Below are positions 9,236-19,243 of a stretch of DNA of 64,000 nt, one piece after another. The notes beneath the pieces are model-generated. The model worked only from the letters and a program-made list of their open reading frames with translations. It ran no database searches and was not told the DNA's origin. The DNA is from Candidatus Calditenuaceae archaeon. Lineage in GTDB: Archaea > Thermoproteota > Nitrososphaeria_A > Caldarchaeales > Calditenuaceae. Made by a program: the position numbers and the translations under genes. The stretch is taken from positions 25,872 to 89,871 of the forward strand of contig JANXDI010000015.1 in the NCBI GenBank assembly GCA_025059595.1. The letters run 5' to 3'. Numbering within the stretch: position 1 is the first letter of the stretch; each line of letters begins with the position of its first letter.

Positions 9236-11326
9236 ATGGGCACACCATCTGCTCCCTTAAGAGGATTAACAACAAGGTCAATATTGATCGGAGTAATCCT
9301 CGTGATATTCGCTCAAGCAATCGGCGATATGACCTGGCTATACACATCGAAAGGCGGCACGATCAATGCGTTCTTCCTGCCGTTCATATACATCGTATTG
9401 TTAAACGAGCTTATAGGCCGATACAACGCGAAGCTCAGGCTGACTGCTCAGGAGCTTGTATGCATCTTCCCAGCTCTCGCCCTTGTAAACAGTATAAAAT
9501 ACTACCCTAAAGGCGCCTTGAGCGGTGGAGAGGCGCTCTCCGGCTATATTGAGAAGACGATCGTCTCAGTTGGGGCAGGGATGAACGACCCGACCACTGG
9601 CGAGTATTGGAGGGCGATGACGCCTCCGTGGATGTTCCCAAAGGATCCGACGATGATTGCGGCGTGGCAGACCGGGTTGACCCCGGGTCAACAGATTCTC
9701 TGGGGCGAGTTCATACCGCCGATACTATACTGGTCACTTTACACGATTCTCATGTACTATCTGGCGCTCTTTCTGGGTTTCGGTCTTTGGGGCAGAAGAT
9801 GGGTCGATGTGGAGCGTCTAATCTTCCCGCTCTCTATCCCGATGATATACATGATTCGGAATGCCACGGACATCGACCCGACCACAAACAAGTCTAGGTG
9901 GTTCAGGATAAGTGAACCCACGCTAAGAGTCTTCTGGGTCGCGTTCTTCATCGGCTTGATAGCCTCTCTCATCCCTGTCTTCGGAGAGATTGTACCGCCG
10001 CTTGCCGTTTTCGGCGCCTTCGCTTGGGGCGAACAGCCTATTCTAATCTTCGGGCTTCCATCGATAATGCCAGGCGCGATGGCGAAGGGAGTTTTCCAAG
10101 TGGACCAAGTGGCCCTCTGGCTGTTACTGCCTAACAACCTCTTGGTAACAGCTGTGCTAGCGTATGTGGTCTTCGGCCTTCTATACCAGTGGATAGGCGT
10201 TATCACTGGTGCGCTTCCCTACAACCCTGGAATGGAATTCCTCTGGAACTGGGAAGACATTCCCGCCAACTGGTTCCCCTTCCCTTACAGGCATGTCGGA
10301 ATACTGGGCATGATGGTTGGGCTAGGCATTATTACGCTGATAACTCTTAGGTCCAGATTCGTTGAGCTTGGCCGTGCTCTTACTGGAAAGTCTGAGGACG
10401 AATATGGCTTATCGACTAGGTCAATAGCTTGGTTTGGCGTGATAGTCGCCATAGCTATCTTAGCACTGTTCACAGCATCGGGAGTACCATTCATAATCGC
10501 TCTCGTCATGCTGATCTTCGCGGTCATTTACTGGAGCGCTTTAGCAAGAGTAACGGCGACGATGTGGTGGCACGTGGACGACTTCGCAAACAATGGCGGA
10601 GTCGGGACATACATCTTCCCGCTTGGAGTAGCCCTAGGTTACTGGCCAGCAACAGTCCCGACCACGGGTACACCAAACTTCGGACTTTTCGCCACTGGAA
10701 TACTCACAATACCCTTCAACAACACATGGACACTTAGGGTAAACGGCTTCGGACCCGGCGCGGCGGTATCTTATTACAAGATAGTAAGAGAGACTGGGAC
10801 AAACGTCAGAGACGCCCTCATAGCTGCAACAACAATTATAGCGGTAGGCGTAGTATTCGGATATACGTGGAGGGTCTGGTTACTCAACCATGGAGGTGGA
10901 CTCGCCAACTCTAACGCATGGTCATGGACAGCTGGAATGAAGTTCGGCAACTTCATCGGAGGAACGGCCTATGTGCCCATAGGCGCCACAGACTGGGGTC
11001 CGGGGCTAACTTACGGACTTGTCGGTATCATAATTGTCGCAGTGGTCTGGTACTTAAGGTCTAAGTTCGCCTGGTTCTTCATAGACCCGACTTCGCTGAC
11101 CATGAGCATGGCGGTGGGGCTGATTTGGACTTGGCTTTCGGGACTTGTGGCTCTGATTATCAAGGTGATAATGATACGGACAATAGGTGTCAGGAGGTTC
11201 GAGGCATACGTCATACCCATAGCCGCGGGAATCTCGCTGGGATTCGGAGCGCCAATCCTCTTAGCAGGGCTCATAGAGTTCTTCGCCGTGGTCCTGCCGA
11301 GATTCTCAGCCCAATTCGTACCTTAA
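9236..11326 (+). CDS. OPT-like polytopic membrane protein (DUF6785/DUF6784-type)
   Basis: 696 aa, many TM helices; 'GLTTRSILIG', 'LTAQEL', 'RRWVDVERLIFPL'; distantly similar to the divergent OPT-like gene. Confidence 0.65.
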   Translation: MGTPSAPLRGLTTRSILIGVILVIFAQAIGDMTWLYTSKGGTINAFFLPFIYIVLLNELIGRYNAKLRLTAQELVCIFPALALVNSIKYYPKGALSGGEALSGYIEKTIVSVGAGMNDPTTGEYWRAMTPPWMFPKDPTMIAAWQTGLTPGQQILWGEFIPPILYWSLYTILMYYLALFLGFGLWGRRWVDVERLIFPLSIPMIYMIRNATDIDPTTNKSRWFRISEPTLRVFWVAFFIGLIASLIPVFGEIVPPLAVFGAFAWGEQPILIFGLPSIMPGAMAKGVFQVDQVALWLLLPNNLLVTAVLAYVVFGLLYQWIGVITGALPYNPGMEFLWNWEDIPANWFPFPYRHVGILGMMVGLGIITLITLRSRFVELGRALTGKSEDEYGLSTRSIAWFGVIVAIAILALFTASGVPFIIALVMLIFAVIYWSALARVTATMWWHVDDFANNGGVGTYIFPLGVALGYWPATVPTTGTPNFGLFATGILTIPFNNTWTLRVNGFGPGAAVSYYKIVRETGTNVRDALIAATTIIAVGVVFGYTWRVWLLNHGGGLANSNAWSWTAGMKFGNFIGGTAYVPIGATDWGPGLTYGLVGIIIVAVVWYLRSKFAWFFIDPTSLTMSMAVGLIWTWLSGLVALIIKVIMIRTIGVRRFEAYVIPIAAGISLGFGAPILLAGLIEFFAVVLPRFSAQFVP

Positions 11327-11350
11327 ACCCTTTTTTACCCTTTTTTCCCA
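11327..11350 (+). terminator. Archaeal oligo-T terminator
   Basis: ACCCTTTTTTACCCTTTTTTCCCA immediately after the stop codon at 11326. Confidence 0.65.
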
Positions 11351-11368
11351 TTAACTTTTAGATCAAAG

Positions 11369-12004
11369 TTGAGTGAGCTAGAAATAATCAAGCTTGCACT
11401 CAAAGACAATGTGGAGAATATTGCTTGGGACATCGACGGCTGGATGATTCTTTTAAAAGACTCGAGGCTCAGAAGCTTGAAGGTGTCTAGACGGCTTGTT
11501 GGAATATCTTTCGACTGGGAATGGCATTTCGTCGCTCCCATAATTCTTCGCGAAGAGGTGGGGGAGGAGGACGTTAAGCTTTACAGAGAAATGAAACGGA
11601 GGGAGGTGCAAATAAAGAGACGAGGAGTCATCAGGTATTCATACGAGTGGGTAACTTCAGAACTTCTCACCAAAGTCTTTCCAGAAGTTACGCCAACGGA
11701 GGACTTGAAGACGCAATTAAATAAAGACGGCGAGCTTCAGCGTCTGCTCAGACGGTCCTCCATAGATGAGTTACACGTAAACACTTACTTCGAGCTGGGT
11801 GGATTTGGCTCCCCAGATGAGGCTCTCAGAAAATACTTCGAGTCTCCGGTGAAGGTGGGATGGCTCATAACTGCGATTAAGGGGCCCGGCTCGGAGTGGC
11901 GTTTCGGCCCCATCGTAAAGAGGATCTACGAGCTTCTGAACTATCTCGCAGAAGAGCTTTTCAAGTTTACTGAGGAACTGGAGACGAAAGTCTCCTCACT
12001 GTGA
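11369..12004 (+). CDS. Hypothetical soluble protein
   Basis: 211-aa ORF with TTG start and coding-like composition; no recognised motif. Confidence 0.65.
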   Translation: MSELEIIKLALKDNVENIAWDIDGWMILLKDSRLRSLKVSRRLVGISFDWEWHFVAPIILREEVGEEDVKLYREMKRREVQIKRRGVIRYSYEWVTSELLTKVFPEVTPTEDLKTQLNKDGELQRLLRRSSIDELHVNTYFELGGFGSPDEALRKYFESPVKVGWLITAIKGPGSEWRFGPIVKRIYELLNYLAEELFKFTEELETKVSSL

Positions 12005-13549
12005 TATCATGCATATTTCTATATCTCTTACCCTGGTGAGGCAGTTAGAATGTTGATAGATTTTGTAGAGATTCTCATCAGTTAGCTGCCATCTCGCTCG
12101 CCAATCAATTATAATAAAGCGGCTTGTGAGAATGTCCCCTGTAATTTTTTCTTGTACCTTCTCATTATATATCGGCCACGAATCGTAAAGATCTCCTGAA
12201 AGATATTTCAAGAGCGCTTCAAAGAGCTTGTTACGCCCAAGGTTCATGCCTTCGAACATCATATAGCCGTACGAGTCTATTACGGTGTTCGACGGATAGG
12301 TTCCGGATAGGAAGGTGTAGATCGGTTCGAAGGCTATTATACTCGACCCTGTTGCACCGAGTTCTGTGAGCCTCCTCGAGACCTCCATGGGAGTGTCATC
12401 TCTCGCAGACGGTGGGTAAACAACGGAGATAATACCTGTCTGTAGTATAAGCATTGAGACTAGCCAGACAGGCAGTATTTTGGTCGGGAAGAGGTAGGCG
12501 GCTGAGGCCTTCCAGGGCGGAGTCTTCAGCTTCAACGCGTATTCTAAGGGCATGGCGGCAACGTAGGATAGTGGCGTTATCAGGTGTTGTATGTAGTGTC
12601 CGAAGAAGGTTTTAGTAGTTGAGAAGGCTAAGAGGTACGCCAGACTCCACATAATCCAGATATATGCTTCACGTGGAACGGTTTTTGAGCGAACCAGCCG
12701 CGGGGTTAGAAGAATGGCGATGATAAGAGCTGGAGCTCCTGCCCAAACGACACCTAGGTCAAGAAAAGATGTCAGAACCCACCTTAACCGCTCACTATGA
12801 GGGACGCCATCCGGTGGCCGAACGACGTGGAAGAGAACTGTTTGTCTGAGGTAAAGGTCTGCGTCTGCGAGAAGATATCGCGCACTGACCAGCAGGTAGG
12901 TGGACACGGCAGCCGCGGCAATAATTAGGGTAACGCGTATTCTCCTGAAAATAATTGAGTGTAGAAGCATCGCTGCGATTCCGAAAAGGCTTGAAATTTT
13001 AGAAGATAAAGCCAACCCTAAGGCTAATCCTGAAAGAGCAGAGGTGAAAAACTCCTGACTAGTACTACGGCACCTGACTAGTAATACGTAGCAGAGTAAT
13101 GAGACGGAGAGGAAGAAGTCGACATAGGGTTCAAGCATAACCATCCGCGAGTTGTAGGCGGCAAATCCATCGAAGGCTAGGAACGCTGTGCCGGCAAGCG
13201 CAGCCGCTTTTCCTAAGGATAGATATGCCGCAGCAGCCAGCGCGACTAGCGTCAAGGAGCTCAACGTGGCTGAGATCATTCTTGCATGCGTGTATGCTTG
13301 GCCTCCACCCTCACCGACAACCAATCCCAGCATGTGAAGAGATAGGGGAGGATGAGCGAAAAAGAAGTCCACATAGGGAGTGTAGCCCTTAGTCAGCAAG
13401 AGAGAGGCTGAGAGGTGGACACCCTCGTCGTAGTCATGCCAAGCGCTCCCCGAATCTAGATTTGATAGTCTTATGAGTGAGCCGGCGAGAATCAAGCCGG
13501 CGAGCGTGAGAAGATACAGTGCGATATCGGCATCGATTTTCTTCTCCAT
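11996..13549 (-). CDS. ArnT/PMT-like (GT-C fold) membrane glycosyltransferase
   Basis: 'DYDEGVH', 'PYVDFFFAHPPL', 'MLEP', 'K-x-S' and 'HY' motifs in a multi-TM protein. Confidence 0.8.
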   Translation of the reverse strand: MEKKIDADIALYLLTLAGLILAGSLIRLSNLDSGSAWHDYDEGVHLSASLLLTKGYTPYVDFFFAHPPLSLHMLGLVVGEGGGQAYTHARMISATLSSLTLVALAAAAYLSLGKAAALAGTAFLAFDGFAAYNSRMVMLEPYVDFFLSVSLLCYVLLVRCRSTSQEFFTSALSGLALGLALSSKISSLFGIAAMLLHSIIFRRIRVTLIIAAAAVSTYLLVSARYLLADADLYLRQTVLFHVVRPPDGVPHSERLRWVLTSFLDLGVVWAGAPALIIAILLTPRLVRSKTVPREAYIWIMWSLAYLLAFSTTKTFFGHYIQHLITPLSYVAAMPLEYALKLKTPPWKASAAYLFPTKILPVWLVSMLILQTGIISVVYPPSARDDTPMEVSRRLTELGATGSSIIAFEPIYTFLSGTYPSNTVIDSYGYMMFEGMNLGRNKLFEALLKYLSGDLYDSWPIYNEKVQEKITGDILTSRFIIIDWRARWQLTDENLYKIYQHSNCLTRVRDIEICMISQ

Positions 13550-13593
13550 TTAGCTAATGAGATATCGGATGTTGACACTAATATATGTAAAGA

Positions 13594-16500
13594 GTGGATA
13601 AAACTTATACACCTCTGACGATAAGTGGAAGTAGATTGAGTTACCGTTCAGCCGCCTTGGCGATTATGTCGCTGATGGTGCCTTTGATGCTACTCGGAGG
13701 ATTAGCAGTTTCGGCCCATGGTCAGGGATCTGACTCCCTGCTTATCATGGTGGTCGAGGAAGATAATACACGGGTCAGAGACGGGCTAAAATTCACTCTC
13801 TATGGCCCTGCAGGCGTTCCTCAACATATTGAGACGAAAGAGGGGTTCTTGGTTGTGCCGGTGGCGGCGTGGTCTCGCATCGTGGGCCCCGTCGTTGATG
13901 GCGGAGAAGAATACATTCCGATCGACTTGTGGATTCTTGAGCCCATAGGGGAGCAGCAGCCCATCGTTCTCAAAAGAGCGAGGGTCTTAAGGCTGGTCGA
14001 GCTTTACCCTTGGATTGATGGAAGGCCGGTAAAGGCCCACTACAGGCTTGAATTGGAGAAGGCGGGGCCTAGCTATCCAGATGTTATTAGCTGGAGTCAC
14101 GGCATCGACGGGCTTAAGGAGCTGGTAGGGCTGAGTGAAGGTGAGATTCTGGTACCCCTTATGCCAGGCTTCAGACTTGTCGGCGAGTTTGAGGTTTTAG
14201 GTGGTGATGTCAGCTGGACCGCGGAACTCACTAACTTGGTAAGGGAGGCTCAGCAAATATCTCTGCTTCAGGTAATTTATCCACATGCCTTAGCAGCTGT
14301 CGAGGGTGTTTCCACGACCACAAGGTATGGTCTTGAGAGGCTGGCAGAGTCTGGAATCTACTTGGGCTACCAGCTTAGTAAGCTGCGAACCGCTGAGCAG
14401 AAGCTGAGTGAGTCGAAGGAGGCGTTTGAGAGAGGCCTGTTGGCTGAGGCCTATCACCTGTTAAGGAAAGCCTATGTAGATGTGGTTGGTGTAAACTCAG
14501 TACTATCAAGTTATGGTGAGGGCTGGACATCGGGTGGAGTTTTACTCCCACTCTTCATGGTTTTGGGAGCGCTCACGCTGAGTCACCTAGTCTTGAGTGA
14601 GAAACGCTCTGTCGTGCTGGCGGGCTTATCATTCTTGAGCATAGTAACATTCGGCTACATGGCGGCAACATTTCCAGCCATGCTACCAAGCGACGCGTGG
14701 GGCTGGTCCATACTATTATACAGCGTTCTTATCACGTTGGGGCTAATCTGGAGCATACCTTCGCTAAGCCTCGAGGTTAAGACGTATCGCGGAGTAGCAT
14801 TACTCGCAGCCTCCACGCTAGCTTTCAGCGTCGCGAAGAGGTTCCTCAAAACTAGACCCCTCAGAACATGGATGATGGTTGCAATGGCCACAATAACTGT
14901 CTCCTCGACGCTCCTGCTTCTCAACACGAGCCTGGAGGGCAATGTTTTCGTCTCCAGCCCCCTAGAGAGGGTCAGCCCGCCTGGAATCATACACATAGTC
15001 GCATACAGCAGAGACTATAGATACGACAATCCCGCCCATATTGAAACCAGATACACAGACTTCATCAGAAGCCTCGGGTTGAAGGTCGGCCTCAGGGCGG
15101 AGACACCCATAGCACCACCCAGTGGCCGCGAATACTTCATAAATTATAGAAGCTATTACCTAAGAGGCGTAATAGGGGTAGACGGGGAGACGCCTCTCAG
15201 CCGGCAACTTAGCGGGTGTATTGTTGAGGGTAATTTGGAGGGTATTAGAAGCGGTTCGCAAGCCGCCATAATCTCTAGCGACTTGGCGGCGAATATCGGA
15301 GAGACCGTCGGCTCTGAGATAGACGTGAATGGTTTGCCGCTTAAGGTGGTTGGTATATTGAGCACCGACTGCCCCACCTACATCAAGGATGTTGACGGCT
15401 ACTTTGTGTCAACTCTCGTTCAGCCTCCGATGTCTACCGTAACGCCCGCAGGCTGGTCAAACATCGTGATAACAGGGTTTGAAGAGGCGCGGAGGCTTGG
15501 TGCCATTCCGACCAAAATATACGCCACAGGGGGTGGCGACAGGGAGATTTACAGGCTCGCTGAGACAATAAGCCTACACACAAATCTCAAAGTGAGTGTA
15601 ATCGAGTCCGATGGCCGTGTCTTTGTTTTCAATTTCGTGGGCTTAACTGGCATCTCGGGAGGCGAGGTTCTGATAGTTGCGGGCATCGCTTTTCTGAATC
15701 TCTTAGTGGCCTCGCTTGCCAATTATTATGAGAGGAGGGGCGAATTCTTTACGATGTCAACGCTTGGGCTTAACCCTGGGCATATTCTTCTGTTGAGCGC
15801 AGCCGAGGCCCTTCTCTTAAGCATCGTCGCCTCATACTTGGGCATACTTGTTACGCTGGGCGTCCTCGGGATTGCGCCTAGAGTCGCTCCCATTCCAATA
15901 GACTTCAAGCTGTCACCTGAAAGCGCGTTTGGCGTTCTCGTATTGTCATCGGTCATCTTCGTCTCCTCACACCTCTTCTCCGTCCGCAAAAGCATCATCC
16001 TCTCGACGCCGGCCCAGACGTGGAAGTGGGCCTTGACCAAGACTTTGGATGAGGAGGGCTACTGGACTATTGATTTGCCGGCCAGAGTCAAGGCTTCTAA
16101 AATAAGGCACTTCATTACCTACATGAGTTCGAGGCTTAGCGAATACAGCTACACCACCACAGTGAACATCAACGTCCTAGGAATCGAAGAGAGGCCTGAT
16201 TTAGATGTATACAGGTTAAAGTTCATCTACTCATCCACGGAGCAGAGGGCGTTCAGGGCTATTTGTATGCTTGAAGTCTGCAGGCAAGGGGAATGGTCCT
16301 CTGTTCTTCTGAGGACGAAGATCGAGGCGCAAGATGCGAGGTTTGTTGACCAATACATTAGAGAGGTTGCTCAACTCATACGCCAGTTCATAATCGAATA
16401 CACTTCTTTGACCATCAGGATACTTGTGCCTTTCGGCCGAGACACCGCTTATCTCCAGCCGCTCCTCTCCGTTTATAATCCGAGCGAGGTTAAACTTGTC

Positions 16501-16791
16501 TGGCGCGGCGACTCCGAGGAGGGTCTTCAGAGGGCGGTGGAGCTGCTTGAGAGAAATACGGTTAGGGTGGATGTGGTTAGGCTGGGGTCTTCGGACTCGC
16601 TGGTTTCGGATACAAGGGCTGTCATAGAAGCGGCCCGCGGGTGCGACCTAATCTGCATCTCTTCCGATGATGGCTATCTATCATCAATAGCCCTGCTGAC
16701 GGCCCAGCGCCTCGATAAGAGGATATGCATCGTCCGAGACTCGAATGTTGTTGAAGCAACTCCCACGAGCCTGTTTGAGCAGCTCCGCTAG
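13594..16791 (+). CDS. Large FtsX/MacB-type ABC permease with extracellular domains and a C-terminal CARF-like Rossmann domain
   Basis: N-terminal hydrophobic signal; FtsX motif 'YERRGEFFTMSTLGLNPGHI...EA'; MacB-like extracytoplasmic domain ('LAANIGETVGSEI...LKVVGIL'). True start may be TTG/ATG ~13637-13675. Confidence 0.75.
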   Translation: MDKTYTPLTISGSRLSYRSAALAIMSLMVPLMLLGGLAVSAHGQGSDSLLIMVVEEDNTRVRDGLKFTLYGPAGVPQHIETKEGFLVVPVAAWSRIVGPVVDGGEEYIPIDLWILEPIGEQQPIVLKRARVLRLVELYPWIDGRPVKAHYRLELEKAGPSYPDVISWSHGIDGLKELVGLSEGEILVPLMPGFRLVGEFEVLGGDVSWTAELTNLVREAQQISLLQVIYPHALAAVEGVSTTTRYGLERLAESGIYLGYQLSKLRTAEQKLSESKEAFERGLLAEAYHLLRKAYVDVVGVNSVLSSYGEGWTSGGVLLPLFMVLGALTLSHLVLSEKRSVVLAGLSFLSIVTFGYMAATFPAMLPSDAWGWSILLYSVLITLGLIWSIPSLSLEVKTYRGVALLAASTLAFSVAKRFLKTRPLRTWMMVAMATITVSSTLLLLNTSLEGNVFVSSPLERVSPPGIIHIVAYSRDYRYDNPAHIETRYTDFIRSLGLKVGLRAETPIAPPSGREYFINYRSYYLRGVIGVDGETPLSRQLSGCIVEGNLEGIRSGSQAAIISSDLAANIGETVGSEIDVNGLPLKVVGILSTDCPTYIKDVDGYFVSTLVQPPMSTVTPAGWSNIVITGFEEARRLGAIPTKIYATGGGDREIYRLAETISLHTNLKVSVIESDGRVFVFNFVGLTGISGGEVLIVAGIAFLNLLVASLANYYERRGEFFTMSTLGLNPGHILLLSAAEALLLSIVASYLGILVTLGVLGIAPRVAPIPIDFKLSPESAFGVLVLSSVIFVSSHLFSVRKSIILSTPAQTWKWALTKTLDEEGYWTIDLPARVKASKIRHFITYMSSRLSEYSYTTTVNINVLGIEERPDLDVYRLKFIYSSTEQRAFRAICMLEVCRQGEWSSVLLRTKIEAQDARFVDQYIREVAQLIRQFIIEYTSLTIRILVPFGRDTAYLQPLLSVYNPSEVKLVWRGDSEEGLQRAVELLERNTVRVDVVRLGSSDSLVSDTRAVIEAARGCDLICISSDDGYLSSIALLTAQRLDKRICIVRDSNVVEATPTSLFEQLR

Positions 16792-16792
16792 G

Positions 16793-17767
16793 CTATGCGG
16801 CCTGCTTAATTGCCTCGACAATCCGCGGAATAGTCTCTCGAATCTCTCGGACCGGTAGGGGCTGAAAAACTAAATGTTCAACCCCCGCGTCTATGTATTC
16901 CCCTATCCTTTGAGCCGCATCCTCAATGGACCCGACGATGTTAAGCTCCCGAACGACCTCTGGGGGCACATCACTGACGGAGCTGATGCCCGTGAAACCC
17001 ATCTTTCTAGTCCGCGCCGAGCCGAACCAAAGCGCGGTCTGGGCGAGCAGGGGGATGGCTTTTTTCACCGCCTCCCCTCTCCTCTTAGAGACCACGATGA
17101 AAGCCATGCATCCTTTCACTATTTCTCGAGGCTTCCTTCCCGCCCTTTCAGCCGTAGCGTTAAGCGTCTCCGCCTCTGAGGAGTATATCTTGGGGGGGAC
17201 GCATATTGGGAGCCAGCCATCCGCCACCTCCGCGATTGCCCTGATGGTTCTGTCGAGATTTGCCGCGGCCCAGATTGGGGGGTGTGGTCTCTGACGAGGC
17301 TTCACAGGCAGCCCCGATGTATTTACGCTGAAGTATTTTGCCTTGAATTTAACTTCTCCTCCGCGTAGAAGCTTTTTCAGCAAGCTCGCGAACTCAAGGA
17401 ACCTCTCAGCAACATCCTTGGTGGCCGGAAACCCCCACTCGGGGCTGGGGCAACAGCTGCCGACTCCAGCAACAATTCTCCCCCCAGATAGATGGTCCAG
17501 CGATATCAGCGATAACGCTGTGTTGACTGGGTGCTTTCTATACGTGGCGAGCACGGCGCTCCCGATTGAGACTTTCCGAGTTGCTCTGGACATCTCTGCC
17601 ATGCAGAGGAAGGGGTCGAAGGTTTCCTTCTGAAAAACACCGACGAGGTCGTCGTTCACCCACACGCTATCTAGCTTAGCCCTCTCAACATCACGCGATA
17701 TCTGTGAGGAGGCCTCGAGCGAGAAGTTTGGGAAGGATATACCGAACTTTACACTTGGACGTGGCAC
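16793..17767 (-). CDS. LLM-class (luciferase-like) flavin/F420-dependent oxidoreductase
   Basis: 'DSVWVNDD', 'LDHLSGGR', 'PRQRPHPPIW', 'ADGW'. Confidence 0.88.
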   Translation of the reverse strand: MPRPSVKFGISFPNFSLEASSQISRDVERAKLDSVWVNDDLVGVFQKETFDPFLCMAEMSRATRKVSIGSAVLATYRKHPVNTALSLISLDHLSGGRIVAGVGSCCPSPEWGFPATKDVAERFLEFASLLKKLLRGGEVKFKAKYFSVNTSGLPVKPRQRPHPPIWAAANLDRTIRAIAEVADGWLPICVPPKIYSSEAETLNATAERAGRKPREIVKGCMAFIVVSKRRGEAVKKAIPLLAQTALWFGSARTRKMGFTGISSVSDVPPEVVRELNIVGSIEDAAQRIGEYIDAGVEHLVFQPLPVREIRETIPRIVEAIKQAA

Positions 17768-17804
17768 AGAGTAAGTGCGGCGCGGCGAGATAAAAGAGCT
17801 CTGT

Positions 17805-18638
17805 TTAAACTCCCTTGACGAGAGGGGTGATATAGTCGAGGCTCTCCTTCACACTCTCCTCGGGAGTCTTATCCGAATAATCCTGCTCAACCACAAGCCA
17901 TTCAACCTTCCCATAAGTCCTCAAGACCTTAATTATCGCGGGGAAATCTATTACACCCCTCCCAAGCTCGGTAGTCAACTCCCACCACCTCTTCAACCGT
18001 CCTCCCTCTCCTGCGAACGTTTTAATATCTTTCAAATGAACGTAAGTTATTCTGTCGAGATATTTGTGAATCGTTTGGAGGGGGTCCATCCCCGCCAGCG
18101 CGAGGTGGGCTGTGTCTGGGCAGAAGCCAAGTAGCTCAGGCTCGATGCACGTGAGCACTTGATCAAGCTCTTCTTTAGTCTCTACGAGCGTGTCATAGTG
18201 GTTGTGGAGCACGGGTTTTACTCCGTGGTCTACGAATATTTTAGAGACGTCTTTAAGGGTCTTGACCAGCTCGTCGAGCAGCTTGAAGACTTGGGTGGGG
18301 GCTAAGCCCTCGCTCAACCCTCCGCGAGGGGGCCCTATCACGACGTAGCGGCAGCCCATTTTACTGTAAGCCTCAGCCAACGCTGAAGACTGGGATAGAA
18401 TGCTGGCCCTATCTTCACTCCTATGAAAGTCGGCGGACCAGTAGATTCCGGATAGCTTCAGGCCTCTTCTCTCAACGTCTTGGGCGAGGCTCTCGTAGCC
18501 GTAGTTTCTCTCTTGTCTATGTCTCTGGAGCTCAGATTCTGCGAACTCGACACCCTCGAAGCCGATGCTTCTGGTATAGGTTAGGAATTCCCCTATAGGT
18601 CTTCGCATGAAGATTAGCCTTTCAAGTGAGAGCTTCAT
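17805..18638 (-). CDS. IolE/MocC-like inosose dehydratase / sugar phosphate isomerase-epimerase
   Basis: 'HNHYDTLVET', 'PDTAH', 'VHLKD', 'ELGRGVIDF', 'WLVVEQD'. Confidence 0.75.
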   Translation of the reverse strand: MKLSLERLIFMRRPIGEFLTYTRSIGFEGVEFAESELQRHRQERNYGYESLAQDVERRGLKLSGIYWSADFHRSEDRASILSQSSALAEAYSKMGCRYVVIGPPRGGLSEGLAPTQVFKLLDELVKTLKDVSKIFVDHGVKPVLHNHYDTLVETKEELDQVLTCIEPELLGFCPDTAHLALAGMDPLQTIHKYLDRITYVHLKDIKTFAGEGGRLKRWWELTTELGRGVIDFPAIIKVLRTYGKVEWLVVEQDYSDKTPEESVKESLDYITPLVKGV

Positions 18639-19234
18639 ATCTCGACGCGGAAGGCCTCCGCTGCGCTCATTTTTGAGGCGTGGTAAGAGGGGTAAGAGGT
18701 GGCAATCAAGGATAGCAGGGCGGCGTACATCAGTCCCTGACCCATGATGGAGAGATACTCCGTTACCGGAACCAGCATTATGTCTGACGCCCTCCCATAA
18801 GCGACCAATAGTCCCACGCCGAGGCCGGAGCCTATTAAGACTCCGAGGGCGCCACCAATAATTCCTATTATGAGCGACTCTATGAGGTAGAGAAGAAGGA
18901 TGTGCCGGTCAGCGGCCCCAAGTGTCTTAATCGTGGCGATTTCCCTGTAGCGCTCAGCGACTGAAATGAGTAGGGAGTTGAATACTCCCAAACCCGCGAC
19001 CAGCAGAGCTACGAAAATTAGCCAAAACTGGTATGCCGCGAACTCTGTGCCTGCAGCAGCGCGATTGACCGCGCTGAGCGTCAAGATTACAGTCATAAAC
19101 GCGATAGCGAGAAGAACGGAGAGCATCGTGAGAAGTGTGCGGCTAAACCTCTTCCTAATATTGAGAGACACCAGCCTCAGGAGCTCGGTCGCGGGGAAGG
19201 AGACACGCCCGTATTTCCTCTCCTCAACCATCAC
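18635..19234 (-). CDS. Short FtsX-like ABC permease (4 TM, no extracytoplasmic domain)
   Basis: 'NSLLISVAERYREIATIKTLGA...LIES', 'YPSYHASKM'. Confidence 0.85.
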   Translation of the reverse strand: MMVEERKYGRVSFPATELLRLVSLNIRKRFSRTLLTMLSVLLAIAFMTVILTLSAVNRAAAGTEFAAYQFWLIFVALLVAGLGVFNSLLISVAERYREIATIKTLGAADRHILLLYLIESLIIGIIGGALGVLIGSGLGVGLLVAYGRASDIMLVPVTEYLSIMGQGLMYAALLSLIATSYPSYHASKMSAAEAFRVEI

Positions 19235-19243
19235 TTATCGATT

